Source: Camelus ferus
Taxonomy: Eukaryota
Assembly (NCBI RefSeq): GCF_009834535.1
Contig: NC_045707.1
Span: forward strand, 56,484,001-56,548,000
Reading direction: 5' to 3'
Length of the DNA stretch: 64,000 nucleotides
Shown here: piece after piece, positions 27,006-40,622 of the stretch
How positions within the stretch are numbered: the stretch's first letter is position 1
Layout: every line of letters starts with the position of its first letter
Made by a program: the position numbers and the translations under genes
The notes under the pieces: model-generated
What the model saw: only the letters and a program-made list of their open reading frames with translations
What the model was told of the DNA's origin: nothing
The model's database searches: none

Positions 27006-27139
27006 CTATTAGCCCTTGAAATTATACCAAAGAATGTGCCTATCACTAAATAAAGCAGTGATGTTACATATTATTTTTAGCTTATTAACCATGTTTTTTT
27101 TCACTCTCACTTCTCTGTTAAATCTGGTAACAGAGGTGG

Positions 27140-27640
27140 GTCTATGATGCCAACCCTACATAATCAGATTATTCCATTCTTCTTGTTTCACTAATGAGTT
27201 AGTTTGAACATATGACCTAAAATGGACCATCCAGAGTTTCCTGTGGACTTATTTTATTTCTGGACTTTATTTTTCTTAAACTGAGATTCAAACTTTAAAG
27301 ATAAATTAGGTGTTGCACCACTAGTATCCATTTTCCAAGCAGAGCAAGGAGAAAAGGGGCTGAGGGAAGGAGAGAAAAAGAGAGAGAGAGAAAGAGAGAG
27401 AGATCTGATAACATTTGAACACCTAAATCCATTTATGCCTGAAGGAAGCATTATCTACCCCTAGATCATTTAGTTACTGAGCCATTAATTTTCTACTCTC
27501 TCTTTTCTTTCCTTCTTCCTTCCTTCCCTCTCTTTCTCCCTCTCTTCTTTCTCTCCTTCCTTTTTCTTTTCTTTCTCTTCTCTCCTTTTATTTATGCTAG
27601 TTTAAACTGGTTTTCTGTCACTTGCTATTTGACCAATACA
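27140..27640 (+). mobile_element. ERVL LTR, LTR33-like, with GA/CT simple repeats
   Basis: catttgaacacctaaatccatttatgcctgaag; end tagttttaaactggttttctgtcacttgc. Confidence 0.55.
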
Positions 27641-29070
27641 AAGATCTTCTTTAATGAAGAAATTATAACAATAATAATTTTAATATATACTTAAAAGATT
27701 TGAATGAGGATTAATGCAGGACAGACACAGCACTAAGATCTGGGGTAATTTTTAAAAATGTAATATTGAATCTGTCGTGTAAAACAGTAGCATGTATTTT
27801 ATACATATGTAACCTTCATACAAATTATTTATAGGACAAAAATCACCCTAAACATTGCCTGCTTATACAAGAAAATTTATCTCTCTTTTTGAACTTATTT
27901 CTGCTTATTATGAAGGAAATCATTATGTGATAAACATTTAGTCAAGGAATTCACTTTTGGGTAATACATAAATTGAAATTTAATGTCATTATTGAATTTC
28001 AGTATATTATAGCTTCTTGTTTAGATGAGAATCAATCACTGAAGAAAAAAGTCATTGATTTTCCCCCAATAAACATCAGATTAATGTTTACAAGGGTAAA
28101 AAATACCAAATTTGGAATCTTGTAGGCTTGAACTTATGATTAAAAATACCTGACATAAATTCACAACAGCCAAGTGGACTGAGGTAATTATCTGATAACA
28201 ATTTTCAAAGAAGATATCTTGGCATTGACCAAGATTCACGGAAAAATCTGTGATTACTACCATGGCAGTGAATGCAGAACATGACATTCAAAGTAACTGA
28301 CAAAGTTCAGTTTTCTTTGTGCACTTGCAAGCAAAAGGACTTAGAAGAAGAAGCCTTACAATGGATTAGATTGCATATCTTAAAGTGTTGTTAGCACATA
28401 ATGGCACGCTGGATCTCATTCAAGGCCTCTTCACTGTCACATTGTTCAATGGAATATGTCTGTATTTGCATGGATCTGGAATACATTCAGCACATCCTTG
28501 TTAAACCATCAAGAAAAATAATGGTTTTGCATTACTGGGAAGCAAGGAACCTTACATTTCATGACTTAACATTTCAAGACTGTCAGAACCTCTGGATTAG
28601 TTCACTGACTTTTTCATATCTCTTTTGTCTATATTTCATTAAGAAGGTACAGTGTCAGAAAACCTGTTTTTGCTGAACAGTTTGCTGATTTTACTTAGGA
28701 GAAGAGAGATACTAAAAATGTTTATAACTCTACTTTGAAACTCTAAATCTCATTTATTTTTCAAATCCGAAGTCCTACCTATACCCCAAATCTTTTGTCT
28801 GATTTTCAAAATCTTTCTTTGTTCTAAGATCCTGTATTATCTTTACTAGTTACTTAGTACTCATTGTTGAGGACACTGAGGGTGGCAATAAAAATCACAC
28901 CTTTACCCACCCTAGATTTTGAAATAACTGAAAAACAAGACAAACGGGGCAGACAGGGGGTACGAAAAAATCACCTTCATTACTGATAAACTGGATGTAA
29001 GTAAATGTGGCTTAATGCTTATGGGCAAACGAGTTTACTAACAGTGTTCACCAGATTATTATAAATCTAC

Positions 29071-29400
29071 TGTGGCAGAGACACCAGATGCTTACCAAAT
29101 CTTCACATGCTTTCAATATTCACCAGCTCCCCTGCAGTTAAACTGACCAATGTGACTAGTTCTAGATGTCATTCCCAGGTTAAAGCTTTTAAAATCTGCT
29201 GTGCAATGCTTTGCCTTTACCTTAGCAACATCACCAGAAATTCATATGCTCAAATAGTATGACAAGATGTAAACTGACTAGATCTGAGTCACTGCTTGGA
29301 AGTGAGTAGCTCTGGAGAACTGCTGATCCAAGATGACTTTGACATATGAAGTCACTGAGATTTTGTTACCTCAACATTGGCTGTTTCAACAAAACTAAAA
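29071..29400 (+). mobile_element. MaLR LTR (MLT1 family)
   Basis: tgtggcagagac...ccagctcccctgcagtta...atgtgactagttct...gaagtcactgagattttgttac. Confidence 0.6.
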
Positions 29401-31137
29401 CTCATTCCCACCTAGTCCTGAATACAACGTACAGAGGGCAGCAGAGTAGAATACATTCTTTCTGTAGAGAGAAAAGACAGCAAAAGGCTGGGTGAAACGT
29501 GCCCAATTTCTTTTCACCCAACTCATACACAGATCATCCTGAGGGAGTGGGATGAGTGAAGAAATATAGCAATAGTGGAGCTCTTGCTACATATAAAGAA
29601 ATATCAAGAGTGTGAGGAAGAGTTCAACTCCCCTAACATCTAACTGCTCTTGTTCTCTTAGTCTACTGGGTTTAACTAATAAGCCTGTGGATTGCCAGTG
29701 TTGTGGCTATTTCCTTTGCAGGGAAGAAGTCATTAGCCTACAAGACAGTACTGTTTCTACCTTCATGAGACCACTTCCTCTATATAAACCACTGCTTCTT
29801 TGGGTATTTTTCTTAGACTAGCAATGGGCGGTACAATTTTGTTGCTACAAGGCTCTGAAATTGGACAAAAAAATTAATATTAAATTAACATTTAGGTCAC
29901 ACTGGTATAACACTGAAAATTCATTTCCTTATCTATTTCTCTTTCCAGATTGTTCCAACATAGCCTATCAGGAGTTCATGATAACATCAAATTACAATAT
30001 TAAGATATGCAAATAATGAAGAGTCAGCATAGAGATGCCCCAGATTTCAACATGAACCCCTTCATATTATGGATCATTAAGGGAGAAATTGACATTCAAA
30101 GAAATTAAGTCCTCTTACAGGTTAAACGTACAAACAAAAATACAATGAAATTGAAGTTTAATATCAAATATACTTGTTCCTGGTTGTTAAATTTCAAAGA
30201 AATTAAAATTCAAAGTTTATCCAAGTCTCTGTCTCTTTTGCATCTCAGCTGGAGGGAATTTCCTGTGTTTGGGGTGATTAGGACTTTGTTGAACAGCTGC
30301 ACCCTGGGGGAATTCAGAAGTTAATTAATTGAATGCCAAGTCTCTAAGTGCCTCACTTTTTTAAAGTCCAAATACTTTGTGGAACACACATAAGTATAGC
30401 TCTGCTCCCAAGCCTATTGAATTTAGAAAAGTAACCACTCCCCATTCAACAGAAGTTATTCCAGACAAAATTATATTGCCAAAGCCATTAGGAAAGCCTC
30501 AGTTATTTGAGTGCAAGAGAGTAGAATAGGGAAACTTCTACCCCCACAATTTAGTCTCACTAGGATCCTAGTTACTTTATACTACAAGTCTGGGACATGG
30601 TTATGACTCTAAACATAATAAGGGAAATTCTCACATTAGAATGTGAATTATGGCATCATACCATTATCATTCCTAGGAACAATATGCATAGGCTACCTGT
30701 TTGTGCATGATGAGTGATGTGTCAGGCACAGCGTCTACTTTAACCTGCTGCTATAGCAAACTATCCCATGATCTCAGTTGTTTAAAAAAAAATCTTCCAC
30801 TGGAGGCACTGCGAGTCTTATGGAAAGTTTTATGATGAGATTAATAATTTCCTTCCTACAGGAAGTGGGAGTAAACATTTGGGAATAATACAAGCTATTA
30901 CTACCTCTTCCTTGCAAAATTTAACGGTTATAACTTAAGTCATCAAATTGCTGGGTCTCCCTCATCATTATACTAAATACATATTAAGTTCTATTTTCTC
31001 CTTGAGCCCCACACTTCAGGAGCCTAAGTACTCATTTAAATGTGAGACCGGTCTAGTGTTATAGCATCTAAAATCTCTTATGAGAAGACATTCATTTTCA
31101 CACATTTTTGATCCTTCTTGTATGGATTTGCTTAGGC

Positions 31138-32095
31138 AAACAACCCAATCAAAAAATGGTCAGTTCTAAATAGCCATTTCTCCCTAAAGACATACAGGCG
31201 GCTTATAGGCACAAGAAAAGATGCTCAATAAAGTTGATTATCAGAGAAATGCAAATCAAAACTACAATGAGGTTATCAACTCACCCTGGTCAGAATATCC
31301 ATCATTAAAAATTACACAAACAATAAATGTTGGAGAAGGTGTGGAGAAAAGGGAACTCTTCTCACTGTTGGTGGGAATGTAATTTGGTGTAGCAATTATG
31401 GAAAACAGTATGGAGAGTCCTTAAAAAATTAAAAATAGACTTATCATCTGATCCAGCAATCCTACTCCTGGCCATATATATGGAGAAAACTCCAATTTGA
31501 AATGATACCTGCACCCCAATGTTCATAGCAGCACTATTTACAATAGCCAAGGCATGGAAGCAACCTAAATGTCCACTGACAGATGACTGGATAAAGAAGA
31601 TGTACTACATATATATACAATGGAATACTACTCAGCCTTAACAAAGAAAGAAATAATGCCATTTGCAGCAAAATGGATGGACCTAGAGATTATTATATTA
31701 AATGAAGTAAGTCAGACAGAGAAAGATAAATATCATATGTTCATTTATATATGGAGTCTAAATAAACAATACAAATAAACTTATTTACAAAACAGAAAGT
31801 GACTCACAAATATAGAAAACAAACTTTTGGCTACCAAATGGTGGGGGGGGGGGGATAAATTGGGAGTTTGGGATTAACATATACACACTACTACATATAA
31901 AAAAGATAAACAACAAGGAACTACTGTATAGCCCAGGGAACTATACTCAATAACTTGTAATAACCTATAATGAAAAATATATATATAACTGAATCATTAT
32001 ATTGTATACAAGAAACTAACACATTATAAATCAACTATACTTCAATAAAAAAACAAAAATCAAAACAAAAAATCCCCAAATTAATTACAAAAAAA
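31138..32095 (+). mobile_element. L1 ORF2 C-terminus and 3'UTR, 5'-truncated, decayed
   Basis: agagaaatgcaaatcaaaactacaatgagg; acctgcaccccaatgttcatagcagcactatttacaatagccaag; G-rich tract; A tail. Confidence 0.95.
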
Positions 32096-32389
32096 GAAGG
32101 TAGAGAAAGGAGGAAAGTTAAACAGAAATTAAAAACATTCCATGGAAGGAAAGTTGAGTGAATAGTAACTGCAGCAGCCATGGAAGTGCGACATCTTCCT
32201 TCAAGAGAAAACTGCCATGAGGAATGCAATTTGCCGACAGCCTCCAGAGGCTATGAAAAGAAGTGATTAAAAAATCTCTTAATGGCAATTCAGTGACTAA
32301 ATATTTGAAACAGAATTAAAAAACAGTTTGAAAAGAGAATTGACATAATTATTTTAAAAATCAATGACTTTATTCTAGAATAAACACTT

Positions 32390-33065
32390 AGGAATGAAAT
32401 GGGGAAAATGTTTCAGTATAAGAGTAACAAAAACTATAAAATACCTATGACAGATTTAACAAGAAATGGACAAGCAGAATATGAAAAAAACTAGAGATAT
32501 TATTAAAGACAAACAAGATAACCACTCTCTTGGATGGAAAAACCTTTTATCGTTAAATGTTGATTCTCCCAAAATGAATATGCAGGTTATGGGGAACAGA
32601 GCACTTTCATATACTGACAGTGGAAAGAGGTTTTATAGCATTTGTGGAAAGCAATCTTACAACATATGTTAAAATAAACAGTATCCTTTGACTCAGTAAT
32701 TCCAGAACTGGAAAATAAAGCACTAATTCTTAAGGACATATGTACAGGATACTTATTGCAGCATTGTTTGAGGTTGCAAAAAGCTTTGTAAACAAAATGA
32801 ATATTCATAAATGGGAACTTGGCTTAACATACTATGATAAATCTACATCATAAAATAGTATGTATCTACCTAAAAGAATAAAAAAGAGCTATGCCAAGTT
32901 AAAAAACAAAACAAAACTTCCCCCAAAACGGAAGTCTATAAACAGATGGCTTCACTGGTGAACTAAACTTTTAAAGAATTAATACCAATCCCTCTCAAAC
33001 TCTTCTTAAAAAATTAAAGAGGAAGGAACATTTTCAAACTCATTTTACAAGGCCAGCATTAGAAC
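32390..33065 (+). mobile_element. Old L1 fragments
   Basis: cctttgactcagtaattcca; cagatggcttcactggtgaa...ttttcaaactcattttacaaggccagcatt (DGFTGE and NSFYKASI motifs). Confidence 0.65.
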
Positions 33066-33339
33066 ACTGTATTTTCAAAATCCTTTCTCACATGTTTTAT
33101 GCTTATTCTTTTGGCAGACTGTATTTTCCAAAAACGGCCACCATAATATATCCCATCCCACAAGCCCTTCTGCAATGTGATCTTGCCACTTCCTCACCAG
33201 GAAGTGAGACTGTCTCTCCACTCATATCTGGGTGAACACTGTGACTGCTCTGACCAATAATCTACAGTGGAAATGACAGTTTCAATTTTGAGCAAGGACT
33301 TTACGGGGACTGGAAGACTTCCACTTACTTCTTCTTGGT

Positions 33340-33490
33340 GATTAAAGTGGTTAATTTTTCTTTTTCAGTATAAGTGTGTCCCAGCCAATATTTAGGATAT
33401 TTTATACTAAAGAAAAAAAATGATTGTTTACCTGAAATTCAAATTTAAGTGAATATCCTATATTTGTATTTGCTGAATATGGCAACCCTA
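33340..33490. mobile_element. MER53-like hAT MITE (partial), nested in the LTR
   Basis: agtataagtgtgtccca...ttgtttacctgaaattcaaatttaa...tatttgctgaatatggcaaccct. Confidence 0.75.
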
Positions 33491-33728
33491 CTTGGAAGCC
33501 AACAGACATACCAGAAGTGTGATTAACATGAAAAAGTTATCCTTGAGCCCAAGCTGAGTGGCCAGGCCCTGGAGGTTGGGACATCATCATTTGGACGGAG
33601 AGAAGCCAAGGAGCACTGAGGCAGCAGATGTATGAATAAAGAAGACATTTTGTAGCTCCTCCAGTTCCAGTGATTCTAACTGATTTCAAGTAGATCAGAG
33701 ATGAGCCAACCCACTAAGGCTTTCTCAA

Positions 33729-33732
<4 letters not shown>

Positions 33733-33778
<46 letters not shown>
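33733..33778. repeat. (AC)n microsatellite
   Basis: Direct read. Confidence 0.98.
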
Positions 33779-33780
<2 letters not shown>

Positions 33781-35787
33781 TTTATTTTAAGTCAAAAATT
33801 GTTAAAGTGGTTTGTTATGCAGCAATTGATAATTGAAATAAATTTGGAATTTGAAAAGAAAAAACAACCCTGATGTCGTTGTAGGTCTAAATTTGTTGTG
33901 TTGTTATGCCTGCTGAGTTCTTCTGGTTTTGGTCATCTTTGGTGACGAACTCATATCTGATTGCTTTTAACAAGTGGAAATCCTAAGTACCAGAACTGAA
34001 GTTATTTTCTTTGAGGGAAAGGGAAACTTGACTCTGGTTTGCTGGAACTAGTTCCCAGATTTAATGCAGGTGTCTCAATTTCAGCTCCCTCATCTCACCA
34101 AGGACCCAAAGTTCAGTGTTCTGGTCGAAACAAATACATGGGCAACCCACTTTCACCTTCACTGCCATTAACTGCTCCCTATTCAGCTTTCAACGCGTGG
34201 GTTACTGTTTTTTCTTATTTTGTCAGAGAGGTAACATGGAGATTTCTCTCAGTTCCTATAAATAGAACAATGTACTAAAAACTATGTTTTCTCTAGAAGT
34301 GTTTTTTTAGTAGAGAGCCTCTCAGATATCTGCTATATTGTACAACTTCCTTCTATTATTATAAATAATTTCCTTCTGAAATTATACATTTCTTTAGAGA
34401 TTTAAAAATGGTTCTTATGAGAGACAACTTACATTACAAAAGAAGTTACACCACTTCCTTGGTGGCTGTGAGGGAACCCCAATTCCATAGGTATGTCAAT
34501 AACCCTCTCTAAGACCTAATATGATAAGAAGCTTGGGAAGAATTTTATTTCTTTAGGCTTTCTACTTAAAAAAGAACAAGATGGTTTAATTTGAGGCTTT
34601 AATTCATTTGCATTTTGATGTCTTTAATTTAATCTATGTCTTCTAATTTATTCCTTGGAAAGAATATTTATTTCACATTTGGGACTCTCTGCTGGCTATT
34701 ATTATTGGAATATCCTAATTTGACATTTGATCCTATTTTCAGAATCTTAGACAGTTTATGTTGGACAATATGAGGGGTGTAATTTGAGACTGGAAATAGA
34801 AGTGAAAGTGTCCTGTTGGCTTTAAGTACAAAATGGCCCTGGAGTTAATTCCTAGTGGAACAGGAAATGAGCAGTCCTCCACTGTAATTAGTTGTACACA
34901 AGGAGAAAATCATCGCATTCAACTTGTGATGGTCCTTTGCCTTCAGTTTGGACATTGTGCAGTTTTATACAGTTATATAATTTTACTTATCACATGAATG
35001 ATTGGACTGCTAGAAGTATTTTGTACTATAGATCATTTCTCTGATTAAATAAAAAAGAATGGTTGCCTGGCTAAGTAGGTCATTAGCCAAAATTTTGCAA
35101 AGTAGATTCTTCAAGCTTGATTTGCAAGTTTGACTGTGGGGCTTTTAGATAAACCTTCTGGGTTAAGTTTTTTTTTTAAAATTTTCTGGAGCTAAGAATA
35201 AACATTTTTCTTTCTTGTCATCAAAAGCAGTCTATAAATATTCCCATACATTTCAGAATGATTACATTAGCCCAAATCTTTTCATTTTGGAGGGATTACT
35301 CATAATTCTAAAATTTTACTCAGTTTAATTAATTGGTGTTTTAAATCACTTCACAAATTTTGAGAAACAAAATCTACACTGTCCACTATTGGCCCCAGGA
35401 AGGTACTAAAAGCAGTAGAGTTTGGTAAGGCGAGAAGTGACTTCATGAAAGAGGAAACCAAATTGTCATGATTCCTGTAATCTCCATCAAAAGGGATAGG
35501 TTAACCCTATTTAACCATATGCTTAACGTTTAAACTCAATGGGTTAAGAGAATTAATAGCTAAAGAAGATTAGTATGGGGATGCTTCTTCCCTACTCAAT
35601 ATTTCCTTCTATCTGGAGGGAGTTCCAATAGTGTAACCTCTCCTACTCCCCCTCACCTATTTCTTCCCACAAATGTGGAGCGAGTTATTTTATTGCAGAG
35701 CTTGTAAAGAGCTAATGTGCATGTGTATTTTAGTTCCATTCTCTCTCTTTCTCTTTCTCCCAATCTCTTTCTCTCTATCTCTCTGAT

Positions 35788-35972
35788 GTAGGTGATTTTT
35801 AAACTGTAGGCTGAGTCCAAATTCCCCAGAGATGCTCTTTAAAACATTTCTGGGCCCCCTTTCTCGAGATTTGACTCAGTAGGTCTAGGAAAGGCCCATA
35901 ACTTTACATTTTTAACAAATCCCCAGGTGATGCTGATGCGGTTAATCCAGGAACGACACTTTGAAAAACACA
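35788..35972. mobile_element. MER5A-like hAT MITE
   Basis: ctgggcccc...gactcagtaggtctagg...ttttaacaaatccccaggtgatgctgatgc...cactttgaaaaacac. Confidence 0.8.
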
Positions 35973-37257
35973 ACTTTGCTCAAAGAGAGCACACGTTCTG
36001 TTCTTTCTCCACACTAACAGTTATGTGGAAGCAGCTTCTGCCCCGGTGGTAGGGTCAGCACTAAGGCTACCTCTAACAAGGTTGGTGTCTGTCTAATTCT
36101 GGGTCAGTATAAGAAAGCCTCCTTTTCCACAAACAGAAGTGTTCTCCCTGATTTTGATCTTCTAGCTGCCTTAACATTTTGTCTATATTTTAACTTGATT
36201 ACAATTTGAGTAGGAAAGAAGGGTGCTATTACCACATCTCCTCAAAATCTCAAAATGAATATATATGTTCTCATGTAGTCAATTAACACGTGTTAGTCTA
36301 CCTCCCTGGATTTTAGGATATTGAGAGAGAAGGACCATAGTTCTCTATCTTTGTATAGTCAGTATGCAATCAAGTAATGCCCTTTGTGCACTTGAACCCA
36401 ATGCTGATTAAAGAAACTCTGCGTATAAATATTATTGTCACCTCCTAGATAACGAAATGTTTCACTGTTAGCTAGAATTTTAGATTACCTCAAATACATG
36501 AAATTCCTTTTCTGGACAGTGGACTCTTAGCAAACTGTTTTCAAGGGCTGATGCTGCTGAAGTCATTAGAATAGGACTTTCAGGAGTGATGTCCAGTGCT
36601 CAATGAGTAAGCCATCTTGATATATGCTATCCCAGGAAGTTAATTTTTTAAGTTTGATTAATCATCGACTTTATTCCTTCAAGGTTTTCTATCTCCTGCT
36701 GAGGGGATTACAGTCCAGCGACTACTCCTAACAGCTAGCCAGCTGGTGATAATTGCTGTTAATTTCCTGGTATTTGGCAATGAATTGTTCCTTGACAACT
36801 GGAGGGAGACAGCATAAGAAAGCTTTGGAAGGGAATTGCAAAAATAACATTTAATGTTTTTGCTTGATTGTAAAAAGTGATACATGCTTATAGCTGTAAG
36901 TTTAAAAAGTATGAAAAATATGATAAAAAGTAAGAATTTCAACATAATCCTTTTATTCAGAGAAAAGCATAATTTTTGCAAAATTTTTATGAACTTTTCC
37001 TCTCTGCATCATCTATCTTTCCTTACACAACCTGATATGTACATATATACCACCTCCACCACTACCACCACCACTACCAACACTTCTACTCAAAATCTGA
37101 CATCATTCTATTTTTCCAGCTCTGAATTCTACTTTTTATTGATTTAAAAATAAATGCTTAGCATTTTCCAACTTTAGCTTTCAGAAGGATTATTTTTCAT
37201 GACACTACAGTATTCTATCATATGGTTATAGAGTATATTGTATTAAGAAATAACCAG

Positions 37258-38094
37258 TTCTCCTAGGGCACTCTACCCAAGAAATAGAAATAAAAGCAAG
37301 AATAAACAAATGGGACCTAATTAAACTTACAAGCTTCTGCACAGCAAAGGAAACCATAAGGAAAACAAAACGACAACCTACGGAATGGGAGAAAATTTTT
37401 GCAAATGAAACCGACAAAGACTTGATCTCCAGAATATATAAGCAGCCCATATGACTTAATAAGAAACAAAAACAACCCAATCCAAAAATGGGCAAAAGAC
37501 CTAAACAAGTAACTCTCCAAGGAAGAAATACAAATGATCAATAGGAACATGAAAAAATGCTCAATATCACTAATTATCAGAGAAATGCAAATCAAAACTA
37601 CGATGAGGTATCACCTCACGCCAGTCAGAATGGCCATCATTCAAAAGTCCACAAATGACAAATGCTGGAGAGGCTGTGGAGAAAAGGGAACCCTCCTACA
37701 CTGCTGGTGGGAATGCAGTTTGGTGCAGCCACTGTGGAAAACAGTAGGGAGATTCCTCAAAAGACTACGAATAGATTTACCATATGACCCAGGAATCCTG
37801 CTCCTGGGCATATATCCAGAAGGAACCCTACTTCAAAATGACACCTGCACCCCAATGTTCATAGCAGCACTATTTACAATAGCCAAGACATGGAAACAGC
37901 CTAAATGTCCATCAACAGATGACAGGATAAAGAAGAGGTGGTATATTTATACAACGGAATACTATTCAGCCATAAAAACCAACAACATAACGCCATTTGT
38001 AGCAACATGGATGTTCCTGGAGAATGTCATTCTAAGTGAAGTAAGCCAGAAAGAGAAAGAAAAATACCATATGAGATTGCTCATATGTGGAATC

Positions 38095-38139
<45 letters not shown>

Positions 38140-38446
38140 ACAAACAAACAAACAAACAGAAACAGACTCATAGACATAGAATACAAACTTGTGGTTGCCA
38201 AGGGGATGGGGGGTGGGAAGGGACTGGGATTTCAGAATGTAGAATAGATAAACAAGATTGTACTGTGTAGCAGAGGGAAATATATACAGGATCTTGTAGT
38301 GGCTCACAGCGAAAGAGAATATGACAATGAATGTATGTACGTTCATGTATAACTGAAAAATCATGCTCTACGCTAGAATTTGACACAACATTGTAAAATA
38401 ACTATAACTCAATAAAAAAATGTTTAAAAGAAAAAAGAAAAAAAAA
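37258..38446 (+). mobile_element. Relatively young 5'-truncated L1 (ORF2 C-terminus, 3'UTR, poly(A))
   Basis: ORF 37534-38097 is the ORF2 C-terminus with [21 protein letters not shown] aagaaataa(c/t)cag at 37245-37257 and 38447-38459. Confidence 0.97.
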
Positions 38447-38915
38447 AAGAAATAATCAGGAGCAAAAACTTAATCAAACTGGCAATTTATCCTGAAATTT
38501 ACTGTAGAATCCAGGAGGAGTGATTCTCAAAGGCAGTAAGATAAGGTTATTTCAGTTGATAACTCTAGCCTAATGAGGGCCCAGGCAGCCAAAGAAGCAA
38601 GTCTAGTGTTGTAGGACATATGTATTTTTTTTAGTGTATATATTAATCAGTCAAAAACCCAGACATGGGGAAATGAACATTTCTTTATTTTTTTAATAAC
38701 TAAATCTGAGTCTAATCTAGATATATCTTTCTGGGTTATAGATAAATTCAGTCATTACTAGCACTTCCCTTTTTCCCAGGCAGGCAATGTGTGTCTAGTC
38801 CAACTCAGCATCAAGATATTTTCTCCCTGTAAGTGCTAATTAAGGTACAGTGCTCACTGATCTAGCATACAGGGGCTCCTCTGATGCTTAAAAATTACTC
38901 TGAAAGATTGGCACT

Positions 38916-39377
38916 TATATTAGTCAGAGTTCTTCAGAGAAGCAGAGATATATGTGGGGAGATTTATTATAGGAAATGGCTCATGTGGTTATGGAAGTGG
39001 AGAAGTCCCACCATATGCCATCTGCAAACTGGAGAACCAAAAAAAAAAAAAAAAAAAAAGCTGGTGGAATAATTCAATCCTAATCTAAAGGCCACAGAGC
39101 CAAGAGCTTTGATATCTGAGGCCAGGAGAAGACAGATGTCCCAGCTCAAGTAGAGAGTGAATTTGCCCTTCTTTTGCCTTTTTCTCCATTCCAGTTCCCC
39201 ATGGATTGGATGATGCCACCCACCTTGGTGAGGGTGGATCTTTTTTACCCAGTTTACTGAATCAAATGCTAATCTCTTCTGGAAACACCCTCACAGACAC
39301 ATCTGGAAAGAATGTTTTACTAGCTATCTGGGCATTTCTTAGGTCATTCAAGTTGACATATAAAATTATCCATTATA
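38916..39377 (-). mobile_element. ERVL solo LTR (MLT2 family)
   Basis: tatattagtcagagttcttcagaga...caagttgacatataaaattatccattata; exact 5-bp TSD gcact at 38911 and 39378. Confidence 0.9.
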
Positions 39378-39604
39378 GCACTCTGGTGAGTACTCACTGG
39401 GTGCCTATTCTTTAGGTGCATAGCACAAGTAGTTCTTAAGAGTCTTACCAACCACCCTGCTACTGCCCTAAAGTACCTAGGGATGGAATTCACCTTCTGC
39501 CCTCCATATTTATTTTAGTCTATGGGAAATATCTTCTTTTATTTTCATGCTTTTTGAAAACGCAATATTTTAAAAAATTTTAGAGTTCTTAATTTTATCT
39601 ATTT

Positions 39605-40622
39605 TCCCACTTTTTATTGAAGTATAGTTGATTTGCAATGTTTCTGGTGTATAGCATAGTGATTCATATATACACACACAAACACAATATATATATACAC
39701 ATACACATACTCTTTTTCATTACAGGTTACTACAAGCCATTGAATATACAGTTCCCTGTGTTATATAAGTAGAACCTTGCTGTTTATCTACTTTGTATAC
39801 AGTAGTTTGTACCTGCCATCCCAAACTCCCTATTTATCTCTCCCTCTCCCATTCCTCCCTGGTAATCATTAAATTTGTTTTCTATGTCTGTTAGTTTCTT
39901 TCTACTTTGTAAATAAGTGTCTGTGTCATTTTTTAGATTCCACATATAAGTAATATCATATGATATTTGTATTATCTGACTGACTTACTTCACTTAATAT
40001 GATCATCTCTAGGTCCACCCATGTTGCTACCAATGCCATTATTTCATGCCTTTATATGGCTAGGATACTACTATGATACATATATATATATGTATATGTA
40101 TATATCTCTCACATTTTCTTTATCCATTCATCACATTTAGGTTGCTTCCATGTCTTGGCTATTGTAAATAGTGTTGCTACGAGCATTGGATTGCATGCGT
40201 CTGTTCAACTTAGAGTTTTCTCTGTATATATGACAAATATCATTATTTCCTTTTTTATGGTTGAGTAATATTCCTGTGTGTGTGAGTGTGTGTGTGTGTA
40301 TGCATGTATGCACCAGATCTTCTTTATCCATTTGTCTTCTGATGGACACTTCCATCAGTGTTTGCTTCCATGTCTTGGCTATTGTAAATAGTGCTGCTAT
40401 GAACATTGGTGTGAATGTATGTTTTTGATTTACAGTTTTCATCTTTTCTATATATATTCCCAGGAGTGGGATTGCTGAATCATATAGTAACTCAATTTTT
40501 AGTTTTTTTAAGGAATCTCCATATTGTCTCCATAGTGGCTGTACCAGTCTGCATTTCCAACAGTGTAGAGGGTTCCTTTTTCTCCACATCTTCTCCAGCA
40601 TTTATTATTTGCATGTATTTTA
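39605..40622 (-). mobile_element. L1 3' end made of two segments that overlap in consensus position
   Basis: L1 3'UTR antisense; ttgcttccatgtcttggctattgtaaatagtg occurs at 40142 and 40362. Confidence 0.9.

Larger units (their letters stand above)
33113..33840 (+). mobile_element. MaLR LTR (MLT1H-like) with nested insertions
   Basis: ggcagactgtattttccaaaaacggccacc...gtggtttgttatgcagcaattgataattgaaata. Confidence 0.7.

Noticed and set aside
31839..31873. G-quadruplex-like tract
   Set aside because: Ordinary G-rich tract of the L1 3'UTR.
35501..35547. TTAA-CCC...GGG-TTAA mini piggyBac-like structure
   Set aside because: Only 7 bp of inverted match in a locally TTAA-rich stretch; consistent with chance.
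37534..38097. 187-aa ORF as a host gene
   Set aside because: It is the L1 ORF2 C-terminus inside a TSD-flanked, 5'-truncated L1.
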